Assembly (NCBI GenBank): GCA_038255915.1
Contig: JBBSKY010000003.1
Span: forward strand, 10,577 to 74,576
DNA length: 64,000 nt
Direction of reading: 5' to 3'
Source: Acidimicrobiales bacterium
Lineage (GTDB): Bacteria; Actinomycetota; Acidimicrobiia; Acidimicrobiales; JAUJNH01
Shown: positions 31,124 through 41,330 of the stretch, piece after piece
Position numbering within the stretch: position 1 is the stretch's first letter
Layout of the letters: each line of letters starts with the position of its first letter
Position numbers and translations under genes: made by a program
Notes under the pieces: generated by a model
Database searches by the model: none
Seen by the model: the letters and a program-made list of their open reading frames with translations, nothing else
Told to the model about the DNA's origin: nothing

Positions 31124-32353
31124 GTGGCCTGGTGGCATGGGGGCATGTCCCTCTCGAAGCTGCGCGGGGCCGGTCACACCCCGAGCCTCGTCGCCGCCCT
31201 GCTGCACTTCGACATCTCGTTCATGGTCTGGGTGCTCCTCGGGGCCCTGGGCGCCACCATCGGGGCCGACCTCGGGCTCTCGGGCTTCCAGAAGGGGCTG
31301 ATGATCGCCGTGCCGCCGCTCAGCGGCTCGGCGTTCCGCCTGATCCTGGGCCCGCTGGTCGACCGCTTCGGGGCCCGGCGCACAGGACTTGCCTCCCTGG
31401 CCCTGACCTTTTTGCCCCTGGCGTGGGGCTGGCTGGCGGCGGGGACCTACGTCCAGGTGCTCGGCCTCGGCCTGCTCCTCGGCATCGCCGGCAGCAGCTT
31501 CGTCATCGCCCTGCCCCTGGCCAGCCGCTGGTACCCGCCGGAGCAGCAGGGCCTGGCCATGGGCATCGCCGGCGCCGGCAACTCCGGCACCCTGATCGCC
31601 GCCCTGGCCGCTCCCCGGGTGGCGGCGCAGGTTGGCTGGCACGCCACGTTCGGCCTGGCCATCATCCCCGTGGCCCTGGTCTGGGTGCTCTTCGCGGTGA
31701 TGGCCAAGGAACCCCCGCCGCTCGCCGCCAGTGCCGACGGCCAGGCGGCTGCGGGCCGGCGAGGCCTGCTCGCCGAGGTCGACGCCCGCTGGCTGTGCGG
31801 TCTCTACATGGTCACCTTCGGCGGGTTCGTCGGCCTGGCCAGCTACCTCCCGGTGTTCTTCGTCGACCGCTTCGGCCTGACCCTGGTGACCGCCGGGGCC
31901 TTCACCGCCCTGTGCGCCTCGGCCGGCTCATTCCTGCGGCCGCTCGGCGGCCTGCTGGCCGACCGGGCCGGCGGCGCCCGCGTCCTCGGCATCGTCCTCG
32001 GCTCGGTGGCCACCCTGGCCCTGATCCTGGGCTTCCTGCCCGGACTGGCCGTCACCGTCGTCCTGCTGTGGGCCACCCTCGGCGCCTTCGGGATCGGCAA
32101 CGGCGCGGTGTTCCAGCTGGTCGGGCGCCGCTTCCCGTCCCGGGTCGGCTCGATGACCGGCCTGGTCGGCGCCGCCGGCGGGCTGGGCGGCTTTCTCCTG
32201 CCCTTCGGCTTCGGGGCGCTCGAGGGCGGCACCGGCACCTTCGCCTACGGCTTTTTGGTCGTGGCCTTCATCACCGCCGGCGGGGCCCTGGTGGTCACCC
32301 GGCGCACCTCGATCGCCATCCCCCACCTCACCCCCATCCCGGTCCCGGCATGA
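31124..32353 (+). CDS. narK: MFS nitrate/nitrite transporter (NarK/NasA-type)
   Basis: About 12 hydrophobic spans. G.LVDRFGARR and LADRAGG motifs. Start is either GTG 31124 or ATG 31145. Confidence 0.85.
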   Translation: MAWWHGGMSLSKLRGAGHTPSLVAALLHFDISFMVWVLLGALGATIGADLGLSGFQKGLMIAVPPLSGSAFRLILGPLVDRFGARRTGLASLALTFLPLAWGWLAAGTYVQVLGLGLLLGIAGSSFVIALPLASRWYPPEQQGLAMGIAGAGNSGTLIAALAAPRVAAQVGWHATFGLAIIPVALVWVLFAVMAKEPPPLAASADGQAAAGRRGLLAEVDARWLCGLYMVTFGGFVGLASYLPVFFVDRFGLTLVTAGAFTALCASAGSFLRPLGGLLADRAGGARVLGIVLGSVATLALILGFLPGLAVTVVLLWATLGAFGIGNGAVFQLVGRRFPSRVGSMTGLVGAAGGLGGFLLPFGFGALEGGTGTFAYGFLVVAFITAGGALVVTRRTSIAIPHLTPIPVPA

Positions 32354-32373
32354 CCATGAACGGAGGCAACACC

Positions 32374-34794
32374 ATGGCTCGTCAGCTGGTCGTCGCAGGG
32401 CACGGGATGGTCGGGCACCGCCTGGTCGAGGAGCTGGTCGAGGCCGGCGCCCTCGGCGGACCGGACGGCTGGGAGGTGACGGTCGTCGGCGAGGAGACCC
32501 GCCCGGCCTACGACCGGGTGGCCCTGTCCTCCGCCTTCGGCGGGGCCGGCGAGGACCAGCTCACCCTGGTGGCCGACGGCTTCTTCGACACGCCGGGCCT
32601 GCGCCTGCTGGTGGACGAGGTGGTGACCACGGTCGACCGCGAGGCCCGCACGGCCACCACGTCCAAGGCCCGGGTGCTGGCCTATGACCACCTCGTCCTG
32701 GCCACCGGCTCCCGGCCGTTCGTCCCGCCCCTGCCCGGCAAGGACCTTCCCGGGGTCTTCACCTACCGCACCCTCGACGACGTCGAGGCCATCACGGCCT
32801 GGTGCGCCGGCCGCCGCACCGGTGTGGTGCTGGGCGGCGGGCTGCTCGGGCTGGAGGCGGCCAACGCCCTGCGCCTCCTCGGCCTCGACACCCACGTCGT
32901 CGAGATGGCCCCCCGCCTCATGCCCGTGCAGCTGGACGACGGCGGGGCGGCGGCGCTGCGCACCCGCATCGAGAGCCTGGGTGTGCACGTCCACCTCGCC
33001 GCCTCGTCCCAGGAGATCGAGGCCGGCCCCGACGGCAACGTCACCGGGCTGCGCCTGGCCGACGGCACCACCCTGGCCGCCGACGTCGTGGTCATCTCGG
33101 CCGGCATCCGCCCCCGCGACGAGCTGGCCCGCAGCTTCGGCGTGGACCTCCACGAGCGGGGCGGCATCCTGGTCGACGCCGCCTGCCGCACCAGCGACCC
33201 GGCCATCTCGGCCATCGGCGAGTGCGCCGTCGCCGCCGGCCGGGTGTGGGGCCTGGTGGCCCCCGGCTACAAGATGGCGGCGGCGGTGGCCGACCAGCTG
33301 ACCGGCGGCGACTCGCTCTTCGAGGGCGCCGACCTGTCCACCAAGCTGAAGCTGCTGGGCATCGACGTGGCCAGCGTGGGCGAGCCCCACGGCCCGGGGG
33401 CCGTCCTCGACGACCCGGGCCGCGCCACCTACAAGAAGGTGCGCCTCGACGCCGACGGCCGCCTGATCGGCGCCGTGCTGGTGGGCGACGCCGCCTCCTT
33501 CGGCGAGCTGGTCCAGCTCCACCGCTCGGGGGCGCCCACCCCGAACGTGGTCACCCTCCTGGCCGGCACCGCCCCCGAGGCCACCGGGCCCTCGGCCCTG
33601 GTCTGCAGCTGCAACAGCGTCACGACCGGCGACCTGGTCACCGCCATCGAGGCCGACGGCATCTGCGACCTGGCCACCCTGAAGGCCTGCACCAAGGCCG
33701 GCACAGGCTGCGGCGGCTGCCTGCCGACGGTGAAGGTGGTGCTGGAGCGCCAGCTGGCCGCCCAGGGCGTGGAGGTGCGCCGGGGCCTGTGCGAGCACTT
33801 CCCCGACCGCACCCGCCAGGACCTCTACGACATCTGCCGGATCGACCGGGTCGACACCTTCTCCGACCTGCTGGCCCGCTACGGCACGGGGCGCCGGGGA
33901 TGTGAGATCTGCAAGCCGACCGTGGCCTCGGTCCTCGCCTCCCTCGGCGGCGGCTACGTCCTCGACGGCGAGCAGGCCGCCCTGCAGGACACCAACGACT
34001 TCGCCCTGGCCAACCTGCAGCGCAACGGCACCTACTCGGTGGTGCCTCGCATGCCCGCCGGCGAGGTGACGCCCCGCCAGCTGATCGCCTGCGCCGAGGT
34101 GGCCGAGGACTACGACCTGTACGTGAAGATCACCGGCGGCCAGCGCCTCGACCTGTTCGGGGCGAAGCTCGACGACCTGCCCGCCATCTGGGCCCGCCTG
34201 GGCGACGCCGGCCTCGAGTCGGGCCACGCCTACGGCAAGGCGCTGCGCACGGTGAAGAGCTGCGTGGGCACCAGCTGGTGCCGCTACGGCGTGCAGGACT
34301 CGACGGCCATGGCCAAGCTGCTGGAGCTGCGCTACCGGGGCCTGCGGGCCCCCCACAAGCTGAAGCTGGCAGTGTCGGGCTGCGCCCGCGAGTGCGCCGA
34401 GGCCCAGTCCAAGGACGTGGGCATCATCGCCACCGAGATGGGCTGGAACCTGTACGTCGGCGGCAACGGCGGCTTCAAGCCCCGCCACGGCGACCTGCTG
34501 GCCGAGGGCCTGAGCGACGCCGAGCTCGTGCGCTCGATCGACCGGTTCCTGCAGCTCTACGTGCGCACCGGCGAGCGGCTGGAGCGCACGGCGGCCTGGA
34601 TCGAGCGCATCGAGGGCGGCGTCGACCACGTCCGCCGGGTGGTCATCGAGGACAGCCTGGGCCTGGGCGCCGAGCTCGAGGCCCAGATGACGGCGCACGT
34701 CGAGGGCTACGAGTGCGAGTGGGCCGCCACCCTCCGCCAGCCCGAGCGCCTGGCCAAGTTCCGCACCTACGTGAACGAAGGGGCATCGACATGA
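32374..34794 (+). CDS. nirB: NAD(P)H-dependent nitrite reductase, large subunit
   Basis: ATG at 32374 with GGAGG 7 nt upstream (alternatives at 32350 and 32356). VVAGHGMVGH, CSCNSVT..., CTKAGTGCGGC, and the sirohaem/4Fe-4S motifs SCVG.SWCRYG and SGCARECAEA. Confidence 0.93.
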   Translation: MARQLVVAGHGMVGHRLVEELVEAGALGGPDGWEVTVVGEETRPAYDRVALSSAFGGAGEDQLTLVADGFFDTPGLRLLVDEVVTTVDREARTATTSKARVLAYDHLVLATGSRPFVPPLPGKDLPGVFTYRTLDDVEAITAWCAGRRTGVVLGGGLLGLEAANALRLLGLDTHVVEMAPRLMPVQLDDGGAAALRTRIESLGVHVHLAASSQEIEAGPDGNVTGLRLADGTTLAADVVVISAGIRPRDELARSFGVDLHERGGILVDAACRTSDPAISAIGECAVAAGRVWGLVAPGYKMAAAVADQLTGGDSLFEGADLSTKLKLLGIDVASVGEPHGPGAVLDDPGRATYKKVRLDADGRLIGAVLVGDAASFGELVQLHRSGAPTPNVVTLLAGTAPEATGPSALVCSCNSVTTGDLVTAIEADGICDLATLKACTKAGTGCGGCLPTVKVVLERQLAAQGVEVRRGLCEHFPDRTRQDLYDICRIDRVDTFSDLLARYGTGRRGCEICKPTVASVLASLGGGYVLDGEQAALQDTNDFALANLQRNGTYSVVPRMPAGEVTPRQLIACAEVAEDYDLYVKITGGQRLDLFGAKLDDLPAIWARLGDAGLESGHAYGKALRTVKSCVGTSWCRYGVQDSTAMAKLLELRYRGLRAPHKLKLAVSGCARECAEAQSKDVGIIATEMGWNLYVGGNGGFKPRHGDLLAEGLSDAELVRSIDRFLQLYVRTGERLERTAAWIERIEGGVDHVRRVVIEDSLGLGAELEAQMTAHVEGYECEWAATLRQPERLAKFRTYVNEGAST

Positions 34795-35207
34795 CCATCC
34801 TCGACCCGACCACCGCCGCTTCTGCCGGGAGTACGGCTGCGCCCTGCGACACCTACCCCCGGCAGAACCCTTGGCAGGACGTGTGCGGGCTGGACGCCCT
34901 GACCGTCGAGCGGGGGGCGGCGGCGCTGGTCGCCGGGCGAGCCGTGGCCCTGTTCCGCCTGGACGATGACGAGGTGCTGGCCGTCGACGACATCGATCCG
35001 TTCTGGGGCGTGTCGGTGCTGTCGCGTGGCCTGGTCGGGAACTTCGGCGGCCGGGACACCGTGGCCTCGCCCCTGCACAAGCAGCGCTTCGACCTGCGCA
35101 CCGGCTACTGCATCGAGGACCCCTCGGTGGCAGTGACCACCTGGCCGGTCCGGGTGCACGCGGGCAGGGTCGAGGTGGGCCAGCCCGCCTCCTTGCCATC
35201 GCCGTGA
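34791..35207 (+). CDS. nirD: Nitrite reductase small subunit (Rieske-like NirD) with N-terminal extension
   Basis: The ATG overlaps the nirB stop (ATGA). The core is WQDVCGLDALTVERGAAALV...ASPLHKQRFDLRTG. The roughly 25-aa extension contains one copy of the 48-nt palindromic element. Confidence 0.85.
   Translation: MTILDPTTAASAGSTAAPCDTYPRQNPWQDVCGLDALTVERGAAALVAGRAVALFRLDDDEVLAVDDIDPFWGVSVLSRGLVGNFGGRDTVASPLHKQRFDLRTGYCIEDPSVAVTTWPVRVHAGRVEVGQPASLPSP
34820..34867 (+). repeat. 48-nt imperfect palindromic element, copy 1
   Basis: ttctgccgggagtacggctgcgccctgcgacacctacccccggcagaa. Arms are TTCTGCCGGG / CCCGGCAGAA and the internal core is GCGACAC. Confidence 0.7.
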
Positions 35208-36601
35208 GCCGGCTCGACCCCACGCTCCTGCCGCTGCTCGAGGCCGAGCTGCGCAACGCCCACGAGCTGACTGCGGTGGAGAGGTTCAGCCAGCACGAGC
35301 ACGAGGGCGCCGGCCGCTACGTCGACCTGCTCCCCGCCACCCCGCCGGAGAAGGGCCAGCAGTACGCCTTCCTCGTCGACCTCGACGCCTGCACGGGCTG
35401 CAAGGCGTGCGTCACCGGGTGCCACAGCCTCAACGGGCTCGACGCCAGCAGTGCCGAGGTGTGGCGCCAGGTCGGCAACCTGGGCCCCCAGGCCGTCACC
35501 AGCGCCTGCCACCACTGCGCCGATCCGGCCTGCCTGAAGGGGTGCCCGGCCGAGGCCTACGAGAAGGACGCCCTGACCGGGGCGGTGATCCACCTCGACG
35601 ACGCCTGCATCGGCTGCAGCTACTGCACCATGACCTGCGCCTACGAGGTACCGTCGTTCTCCGACCGTCTCGGCATCGTCCGCAAGTGCGACCTGTGCCA
35701 CGGCCGCCTGTCGGCCGGCGAGGCGCCGGCCTGCGTGCAGGCCTGCCCCACCGAGGCCATCCGCATCCAGGTCGTCGAGGTGGCCACGGCCGGCGCCGAC
35801 TGGGGCCTGGCCGCCGGCCCCGACCCCAAGCTCTCCCGGCCCACCACCACCTACATCGGCACCCGGCCCCCGGCTGACCGCCCCTCCCCCGCCGACGTGC
35901 GCCCGGCGCCGGCCCACGGCCACCCGGCCCTGGCCGGCCTTCTCGTGCTGTCCCAGTGGGCCCTGGGCGCCGCCCTGGTCGGCGACCCCGAGCTGTCGCT
36001 GGCGCTCATCACCGCGGCGTCAACGGCCAGCGTGGTCCACCTCGGCCGGCCCCTGCTGGCCTGGCGGGCCGTGCTCGGCTGGCGCCACTCTTGGCTGTCG
36101 CGCGAGGTGCTGGCCGTCGCCGCCTTCACCGTGCTGGCCCTGGCCACCATCCTCACCGGGTCGTGGCTCCCCCTGCGGGTGGCCACCGTGGCCACCGGCC
36201 TGGTGGTGGTCGGCTGCTCGGCCGGCGTCTACGCCGTGACCGGTCGGCGCTGGTGGCGGCTGCCCCGGCTCCTCGCCCTGTTCGGCGCCACCGCCGTGCT
36301 CGCGGTGGTCGCCCTCGCCGGTGCCCCCGTCGGGGCGGTGGCCGCCGCCGCGGTGGCCAAGCTGGTGATCGAGGGCGGGGTGGTGCGCCACCGCCGGGTC
36401 GAGCGGGGCGAGCGGGCCCGCACCGCCCGCCTCCTGCTCGGGCCCCTGCAGGCCCAGGTGGGTCGCCGCCTAGCCCTCCTCGTCCTGGGGCTGGCGGCGC
36501 TCACCACCGCCCCGGCCGTGGGGATCGCCCTGCTCCTGGCCGGCGACCTCGTCGAGCGGGGGCTCCTGTTCCGGGCGGCCAGCCCCGAGCGGATGCCATG
36601 A
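35204..36601 (+). CDS. 4Fe-4S dicluster (DmsB-like) domain fused to a polytopic DmsC-like membrane domain
   Basis: GTG at 35204 overlaps the nirD stop (GTGA). Cys clusters are [31 protein letters not shown] and CDLCHGR...CVQACP. The C-terminal ~230 aa contain 6 or more hydrophobic spans. Confidence 0.75.
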   Translation: MSRLDPTLLPLLEAELRNAHELTAVERFSQHEHEGAGRYVDLLPATPPEKGQQYAFLVDLDACTGCKACVTGCHSLNGLDASSAEVWRQVGNLGPQAVTSACHHCADPACLKGCPAEAYEKDALTGAVIHLDDACIGCSYCTMTCAYEVPSFSDRLGIVRKCDLCHGRLSAGEAPACVQACPTEAIRIQVVEVATAGADWGLAAGPDPKLSRPTTTYIGTRPPADRPSPADVRPAPAHGHPALAGLLVLSQWALGAALVGDPELSLALITAASTASVVHLGRPLLAWRAVLGWRHSWLSREVLAVAAFTVLALATILTGSWLPLRVATVATGLVVVGCSAGVYAVTGRRWWRLPRLLALFGATAVLAVVALAGAPVGAVAAAAVAKLVIEGGVVRHRRVERGERARTARLLLGPLQAQVGRRLALLVLGLAALTTAPAVGIALLLAGDLVERGLLFRAASPERMP

Positions 36602-38781
36602 CCACGCCCATGCAGGCCCTGGGGCTGGGCTCCTGCGCCGGCGAGCTGGACCGCACCACCGGGCCTTTCGGGCTGGGCCAGGTCCCGTCGCGGCTGCACC
36701 CCGACGCCACCACCCGCCTGGTGTGCGGCTACTGCTCGACCGGCTGCTCGATGGACGCCCACCTGAAGGAGGGCCAGGCCGTCAACCTCACCCCCACCCG
36801 GGGCTACTCGGTGAACCAGGGGTCGGCCTGCCCGAAGGGGTGGGAGGCGCTGACCCCGGTGGCCGCCCCCGACCGGGCCACCACCCCGCTCCTCCACGGC
36901 CGTCCCGTCGGCTGGGACGAGGCCCTCACCGCCTTCGTCGACGGCTTCGGCAGCATCATCGCCGAGCACGGCCCCGAGAGCGTGGCCTTCCTCTCCACCG
37001 GCCAGATCACCAGCGAGGAGATGGCCCTGCTCGGGGCGGTGGCCAAGGTCGGCATGGGCTTCGCCCACGGCGACGGCAACACCCGCCAGTGCATGGCCAC
37101 CAGCGTCGCCGCCCACAAGCAGTCCTACGGCTTCGACGCCCCGCCCTACACCTACAGCGACCTCGAGGCCTCCGACGTAGTCGTGCTGGTCGGGTCGAAC
37201 CTGGCCGTCGCCCACCCCATCTTGTGGGAGCGGCTGCAGCGCAACCCGAACCGGCCGGAGATCGTGGTCATCGACCCCCGCCGCACCGAGACCGCCGCCG
37301 GCGCCACCTGGCACGTGCCCATCGCCCCCAAGGGCGACCTCGCCCTCGTCCTCGGTCTTCTGCACGTGGTGATCCGCGACGGGCTGGTGGACCAGGCCTG
37401 GGTGGCCGAGCACTGCTCGGGCTACGACGAGCTGGCCGAGGCCGCCCGCCGGTGGCCGCCCGAGCGGGCCGCCGAGGTGGCCGGCGTCCCCATAGCCACG
37501 ATCGAGGACCTCGCCCGGCGCATCGGGGCCGGGAAGGCCGTCAGCTTCTGGTGGACGATGGGGGTGAACCAGGGCCACCAGGCCGTGCGCACGGCCCAGG
37601 CCATCATCGACCTGGCCCTGGTCACCGGCAACATGGGCCGGCCCGGCACCGGGGCCAACTCCATCACCGGCCAGTGCAACGCCATGGGCAGCCGCCTGTG
37701 GTCGATGACCGCCAGCCTCTTCGCCGGCCGGGCCTTTGAGAGCGAGGCTGACCGGGCCGAGGTGGCGGCCATCTGCGGCTGGCCGGCCGAGGCCGTCCCG
37801 TCCAAGCCGTCGCTGGCCTACGACCAGATCATCGAGGGGATCCGCACCGGCCAGATCAAGGGCCTGTGGGTGCTGGCCACCAACACCGCCCACAGCTGGG
37901 GCGACCGGGGCGAGCTGGCCGGGCTCCTCGACAGCCTCGACTTCTTCGTCGTCCAGGACCTGTACGCCGACACCGACACCGCCCGCCACGCCCACGTCTT
38001 CCTCCCCGCCGCCGGCTGGGGCGAGAAGGACGGGACGATGATCAACTCCGAGCGGCGCATCGGGCTGGTGAAGCAGGTGCGCCGCCCGCCCGGCGACGCC
38101 CTGCCCGACTTCTCCATCCTGCGCCTGCTGGCCCACGCCTGGGGCTGCGGCGAGCTGTTCGAGGCCTGGTCGACACCCGAGGAGGTGTTCCGCATCCTGG
38201 GCCGGCTGTCGGCCGGGAGGCCGTGCGACCACTCGGGGATCGACAGCTACCGCCAGCTGGACGACGCCGGCGGGATCCAGTGGCCGGCGCCGGCCGGCAG
38301 CGGCCCGTGGGCCAGCGAGCGGCGGCTGTTCGAGGACGGCCGGTCCTACCACCCCGACGGCCGCTTCCGGCTGTTCGTGGCCGAGCCCGAGCCCACCCCG
38401 AGCCCGGTGAGCGAGTCGTTCCCGCTGGTCCTTCTGACCGGGCGGGGCAGCACGGCGTCGTGGCACACCGAGACCCGGACCGGGCGCTCGGCCCTGCTGC
38501 GCCGCCTGCAGCCGGCCTGCCTGCTGGTCGACCTCCACAGCGACGACGCCGCCGCCCTCGGGGTGGGCGACGACGCCGAGGTCGAGGTGACCTCGGCCCA
38601 CGGGTCGGTGCGGTGCCGGGCCCGGGTGGGCGACGTCGTGCAGCGGGGCCAGGTGTTCCTGCCCATGCACAACGCCGCCACCAACGTGCTGACCCACCCC
38701 GTGGTGGACCCGATCTCCCGCCAGCCGTCCTACAAGGACACGCCGGTGGCGGTGCGCCGGGTCCGCCCGTCGCGCCGCTAG
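36598..38781 (+). CDS. Molybdopterin oxidoreductase, assimilatory nitrate reductase-like catalytic subunit
   Basis: The ATG overlaps the upstream stop (ATGA). N-terminal [13 protein letters not shown]...ACPKG is a 4Fe-4S motif. ITGQCNAMG is present. There is no Tat RR signal. 727 aa. Confidence 0.88.
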   Translation: MTTPMQALGLGSCAGELDRTTGPFGLGQVPSRLHPDATTRLVCGYCSTGCSMDAHLKEGQAVNLTPTRGYSVNQGSACPKGWEALTPVAAPDRATTPLLHGRPVGWDEALTAFVDGFGSIIAEHGPESVAFLSTGQITSEEMALLGAVAKVGMGFAHGDGNTRQCMATSVAAHKQSYGFDAPPYTYSDLEASDVVVLVGSNLAVAHPILWERLQRNPNRPEIVVIDPRRTETAAGATWHVPIAPKGDLALVLGLLHVVIRDGLVDQAWVAEHCSGYDELAEAARRWPPERAAEVAGVPIATIEDLARRIGAGKAVSFWWTMGVNQGHQAVRTAQAIIDLALVTGNMGRPGTGANSITGQCNAMGSRLWSMTASLFAGRAFESEADRAEVAAICGWPAEAVPSKPSLAYDQIIEGIRTGQIKGLWVLATNTAHSWGDRGELAGLLDSLDFFVVQDLYADTDTARHAHVFLPAAGWGEKDGTMINSERRIGLVKQVRRPPGDALPDFSILRLLAHAWGCGELFEAWSTPEEVFRILGRLSAGRPCDHSGIDSYRQLDDAGGIQWPAPAGSGPWASERRLFEDGRSYHPDGRFRLFVAEPEPTPSPVSESFPLVLLTGRGSTASWHTETRTGRSALLRRLQPACLLVDLHSDDAAALGVGDDAEVEVTSAHGSVRCRARVGDVVQRGQVFLPMHNAATNVLTHPVVDPISRQPSYKDTPVAVRRVRPSRR

Positions 38782-39284
38782 CCCTTCTGCCTGCGGACCG
38801 CCCTGGTCGCCTCGAGCGCCCGGTCGACCTCGACCACCTCCTGCTTGGCCTCGACGGCGTCTCGCTCCTCGGCCAGCGCCTGCGACTCCTCCTGGAGCCG
38901 GATGGTGCGGGCCTGCCGCTCCTGGGCGCCCACGACCTTGTAGCGGGCCTCCTCGGCGGCCTGGGCGGCCTCCTGCCTCTTGCGGGCCTTGGCCTCGGCC
39001 GCCTCCTCCCGTCGGGCCTGCTCGGCGGCCAGCTCCCGACGGGCCACGGCGTTCTCCGCCTCGGCCGCGGTGACCTCGGCCTCCTCGCGCTCCCGGTCGG
39101 CCCGAGCCTCCTGCGCCCCGGCCTCCTCGGCCGCCGCCGCCTTGTCCTGGTGCAGCTGGCCCTCCTGGCGCAGGGCGGGGTCGCCCAGCACCGAGCCGGC
39201 GGTCTCCTTCACCTTCCCCACCACCTTGTCCTTGAAGCTGCCGGGGCCCTTGAAGCTGCCGGATTGCTCGGGTGCATCAGCCAT
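38778..39284 (-). CDS. CsbD-like stress protein with long charged Ala/Glu/Arg-rich helical tail
   Basis: ATG at 39284 with GAGGAG upstream. N-terminus is [31 protein letters not shown]. The rest of the track ORF (to 39890) is shadow. Confidence 0.7.
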   Translation of the reverse strand: MADAPEQSGSFKGPGSFKDKVVGKVKETAGSVLGDPALRQEGQLHQDKAAAAEEAGAQEARADREREEAEVTAAEAENAVARRELAAEQARREEAAEAKARKRQEAAQAAEEARYKVVGAQERQARTIRLQEESQALAEERDAVEAKQEVVEVDRALEATRAVRRQKG

Positions 39285-39423
39285 CTGATCTCCTCGGGGG
39301 GTTGACGACCCGCTCGCAGGTCGTTCGAAGGTCGTTATCCCGCGGTAACCGCCGGTGCACGTGACATCGGTCACAGCGCCGGCCCGGCCGGGCGGTGCAC
39401 GGGACGCCGGGCGTTGCGCCATC

Positions 39424-41034
39424 ATGGGACCCATGCGGCGCCTGGCTGTTCGTCGCGCCGTTCTGGCCGTGGTCGTCCTCGGGTCGGTGCTGGCCTGGCC
39501 GTCGCCGGCCCGGGCCGCCGGCTTCAGCGTCCGCAACCGCTTCGAGCCGCTGCCCGGCGTGGAGGTGCGGGCGCTGCGCACCGACTCCCTCCTCGTGGAC
39601 GTGGGCCGGGTGGCCAAGGGCGCCCCTGTCCGCGTCGAGGTGGTGACCGCCGGGGCGGTGGCCGGCGGGGTGGAGACCACCAGCTCGGTGTGCCGGCGGG
39701 TGGGCGGCATCTTGTGCATCAACGGCGACTTCACCGAGTGCCGCACCTGCACCACCGCCTTCGGGGGGATCGTCCACGACAACGTGCTGCAGCGCTCGCC
39801 GGTGGGGGGCCACGAGCAGCTGACGCTGAGCCCGGCCGGCACCGCCGCCGGCCCCCTGGGCTGGGGCGGTTTCCTTGAGGCCACCCTCACCTATGTGACG
39901 ACGCCGCCGCCGGTCCTCGGCGGCCTCCTGCCCTCAGGGCCGCCCGTTGAGCGGGTCGAGACGGTCCGGTTGGGGCTCGACGCCGTCAACCGGGGCCGCG
40001 GCCCCAACCAGGTTGTGCTGTTCACACCGCCGTGGGGTGGCTCGACCTCAACTCGTGGCGGCGACGAGATCGTGCTGGGCGGCGGGCCCGCCCCGCTCGG
40101 CGCCGACCTGCCCGTCACCGCTCGGTCGTACACCCCGGACCGAGGATCCAGCGCCATCCCCGGCGACGGCATGGTGGTGTCGTCCGAGGGGGCGGGCACC
40201 TCCCGCCTGCGGGACTTCCTGGCCAGGGCCTCCGACCCGGCCGCCGCCCGGCGGTCGGTGGTGCTGAAGACCAGCGTCGACCGGCCGGCCGAGGAGTCGG
40301 TGGGCGGCCACCCGGTGCTCCTGGCCGGTGGCCGGACGGTCATCGGGACGACCGGGCCGGCCTTCGTCAGCGGGCGCAACCCCCGCACCCTGGTGGGCTG
40401 GAACCCGGCCGGCGACCTGATCCTGGCCACCGTCGACGGCCGCCAGCCCGGCAGCGTGGGCGTCAGCCTGGCCGAGGGCGCCGACGTGCTGCGCCAGCTC
40501 GGGGCCACCGACGGCTTCAACCTCGACGGCGGCGGCTCGTCGACCTTCGTGTCGCTGGCCCCGGGGTCGGGGCGCGGGGCTCAGGTGCTGAACCGCCCCA
40601 GCGACGGCAGCGAGCGCCGGGTGACCAACGTGCTGGCCGTCGTGCCCGTCGACGGCGGCGCCGTGCGCACCCTGGCCGCCGGCCCGGTCGTCCCCCGGCC
40701 GCCGCCCGCTCCGCCCGGCCCGCCGCCCCCCGACCCGGCCTCGTCCGATGGGCTCCCGGCCAAGCCGAAGCCGGCGCCCACCACCACGACCGCGCCGCCC
40801 ACCGCCGAGGCCCCCACCACCACGACCGAGCCGCCGCCGCCTGAGACCGTTCCGCCCGAGGTGGTCGACATCGAGCTGGCCGCTTCCCCGCCGGCGCCGC
40901 CACCCGCCCGATCCGCCCGCTCCTCCACCGGCACCCCGGCTGCGGTCGCCGCCCTCGCCCTGCTCGTCACCTCGGCGGCCACGCTGCTCGTCGGCCGGTC
41001 CCGTCGCCGGCGTCCCGTCACCCCTCCCTCGTAG
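39424..41034 (+). CDS. Secreted phosphodiester glycosidase-family (NAGPA-like) protein with Pro/Thr-rich linker and C-terminal TM anchor
   Basis: Signal peptide MRRLAVRRAVLAVVVLGSVLAWPSPARA, FNLDGGGSSTF, a PPPAPPGPPPP/TTTT linker, and AAVAALALLVTSAATLLVGRSRRRR. Confidence 0.75.
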   Translation: MGPMRRLAVRRAVLAVVVLGSVLAWPSPARAAGFSVRNRFEPLPGVEVRALRTDSLLVDVGRVAKGAPVRVEVVTAGAVAGGVETTSSVCRRVGGILCINGDFTECRTCTTAFGGIVHDNVLQRSPVGGHEQLTLSPAGTAAGPLGWGGFLEATLTYVTTPPPVLGGLLPSGPPVERVETVRLGLDAVNRGRGPNQVVLFTPPWGGSTSTRGGDEIVLGGGPAPLGADLPVTARSYTPDRGSSAIPGDGMVVSSEGAGTSRLRDFLARASDPAAARRSVVLKTSVDRPAEESVGGHPVLLAGGRTVIGTTGPAFVSGRNPRTLVGWNPAGDLILATVDGRQPGSVGVSLAEGADVLRQLGATDGFNLDGGGSSTFVSLAPGSGRGAQVLNRPSDGSERRVTNVLAVVPVDGGAVRTLAAGPVVPRPPPAPPGPPPPDPASSDGLPAKPKPAPTTTTAPPTAEAPTTTTEPPPPETVPPEVVDIELAASPPAPPPARSARSSTGTPAAVAALALLVTSAATLLVGRSRRRRPVTPPS

Positions 41035-41105
41035 GGGAAGCCCTCGACCGGCAGAGGGCTGCCGCCGGCGTCGGGCGTAGCGTCAGAGGTCCGAAGGGAG
41101 GCGGC

Positions 41106-41312
41106 ATGGCTGATCTGGCGCCGGAGGTGGCATCGCCCGAGGTGGACGACGGTCCGGACGACCTGGCTCACTACGCCCGCAACGACGAGCTTGACCAGGC
41201 CCGTCGCCAGGGCCGGCCAGTGAAGGCGCTGTGCGGCACGCTGTTCCTGCCCCACCTCGACCCGCACCGCCTGCCGGTCTGCGTGGTCTGCCGGGACCTG
41301 GCCGGCGCCTGA
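41106..41312 (+). CDS. DUF3039-like small protein
   Basis: 68 aa. LAHYARNDELDQARRQGRPVKALCGTLFLPHLDPHRLPVCVVCRDL matches my memory of the actinobacterial DUF3039 pattern. Confidence 0.75.
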   Translation: MADLAPEVASPEVDDGPDDLAHYARNDELDQARRQGRPVKALCGTLFLPHLDPHRLPVCVVCRDLAGA

Positions 41313-41330
41313 GCCGACGGTCCTGCCCGC

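Noticed and set aside
32245-35256. 1003-aa antisense ORF across nirB/nirD, and similar giants at 36229..38697 (-), 46821..50174 (+), 58651..60753 (+), 7574..9238 (-), 20856..22307 (-) and 23332..24378 (-)
   Set aside because: All lie antisense to genes with unambiguous enzyme motifs. They have Gly/Arg/Pro/Asp-dominated composition and no motifs or RBS. They are shadow ORFs caused by the GC-rich third-position bias.
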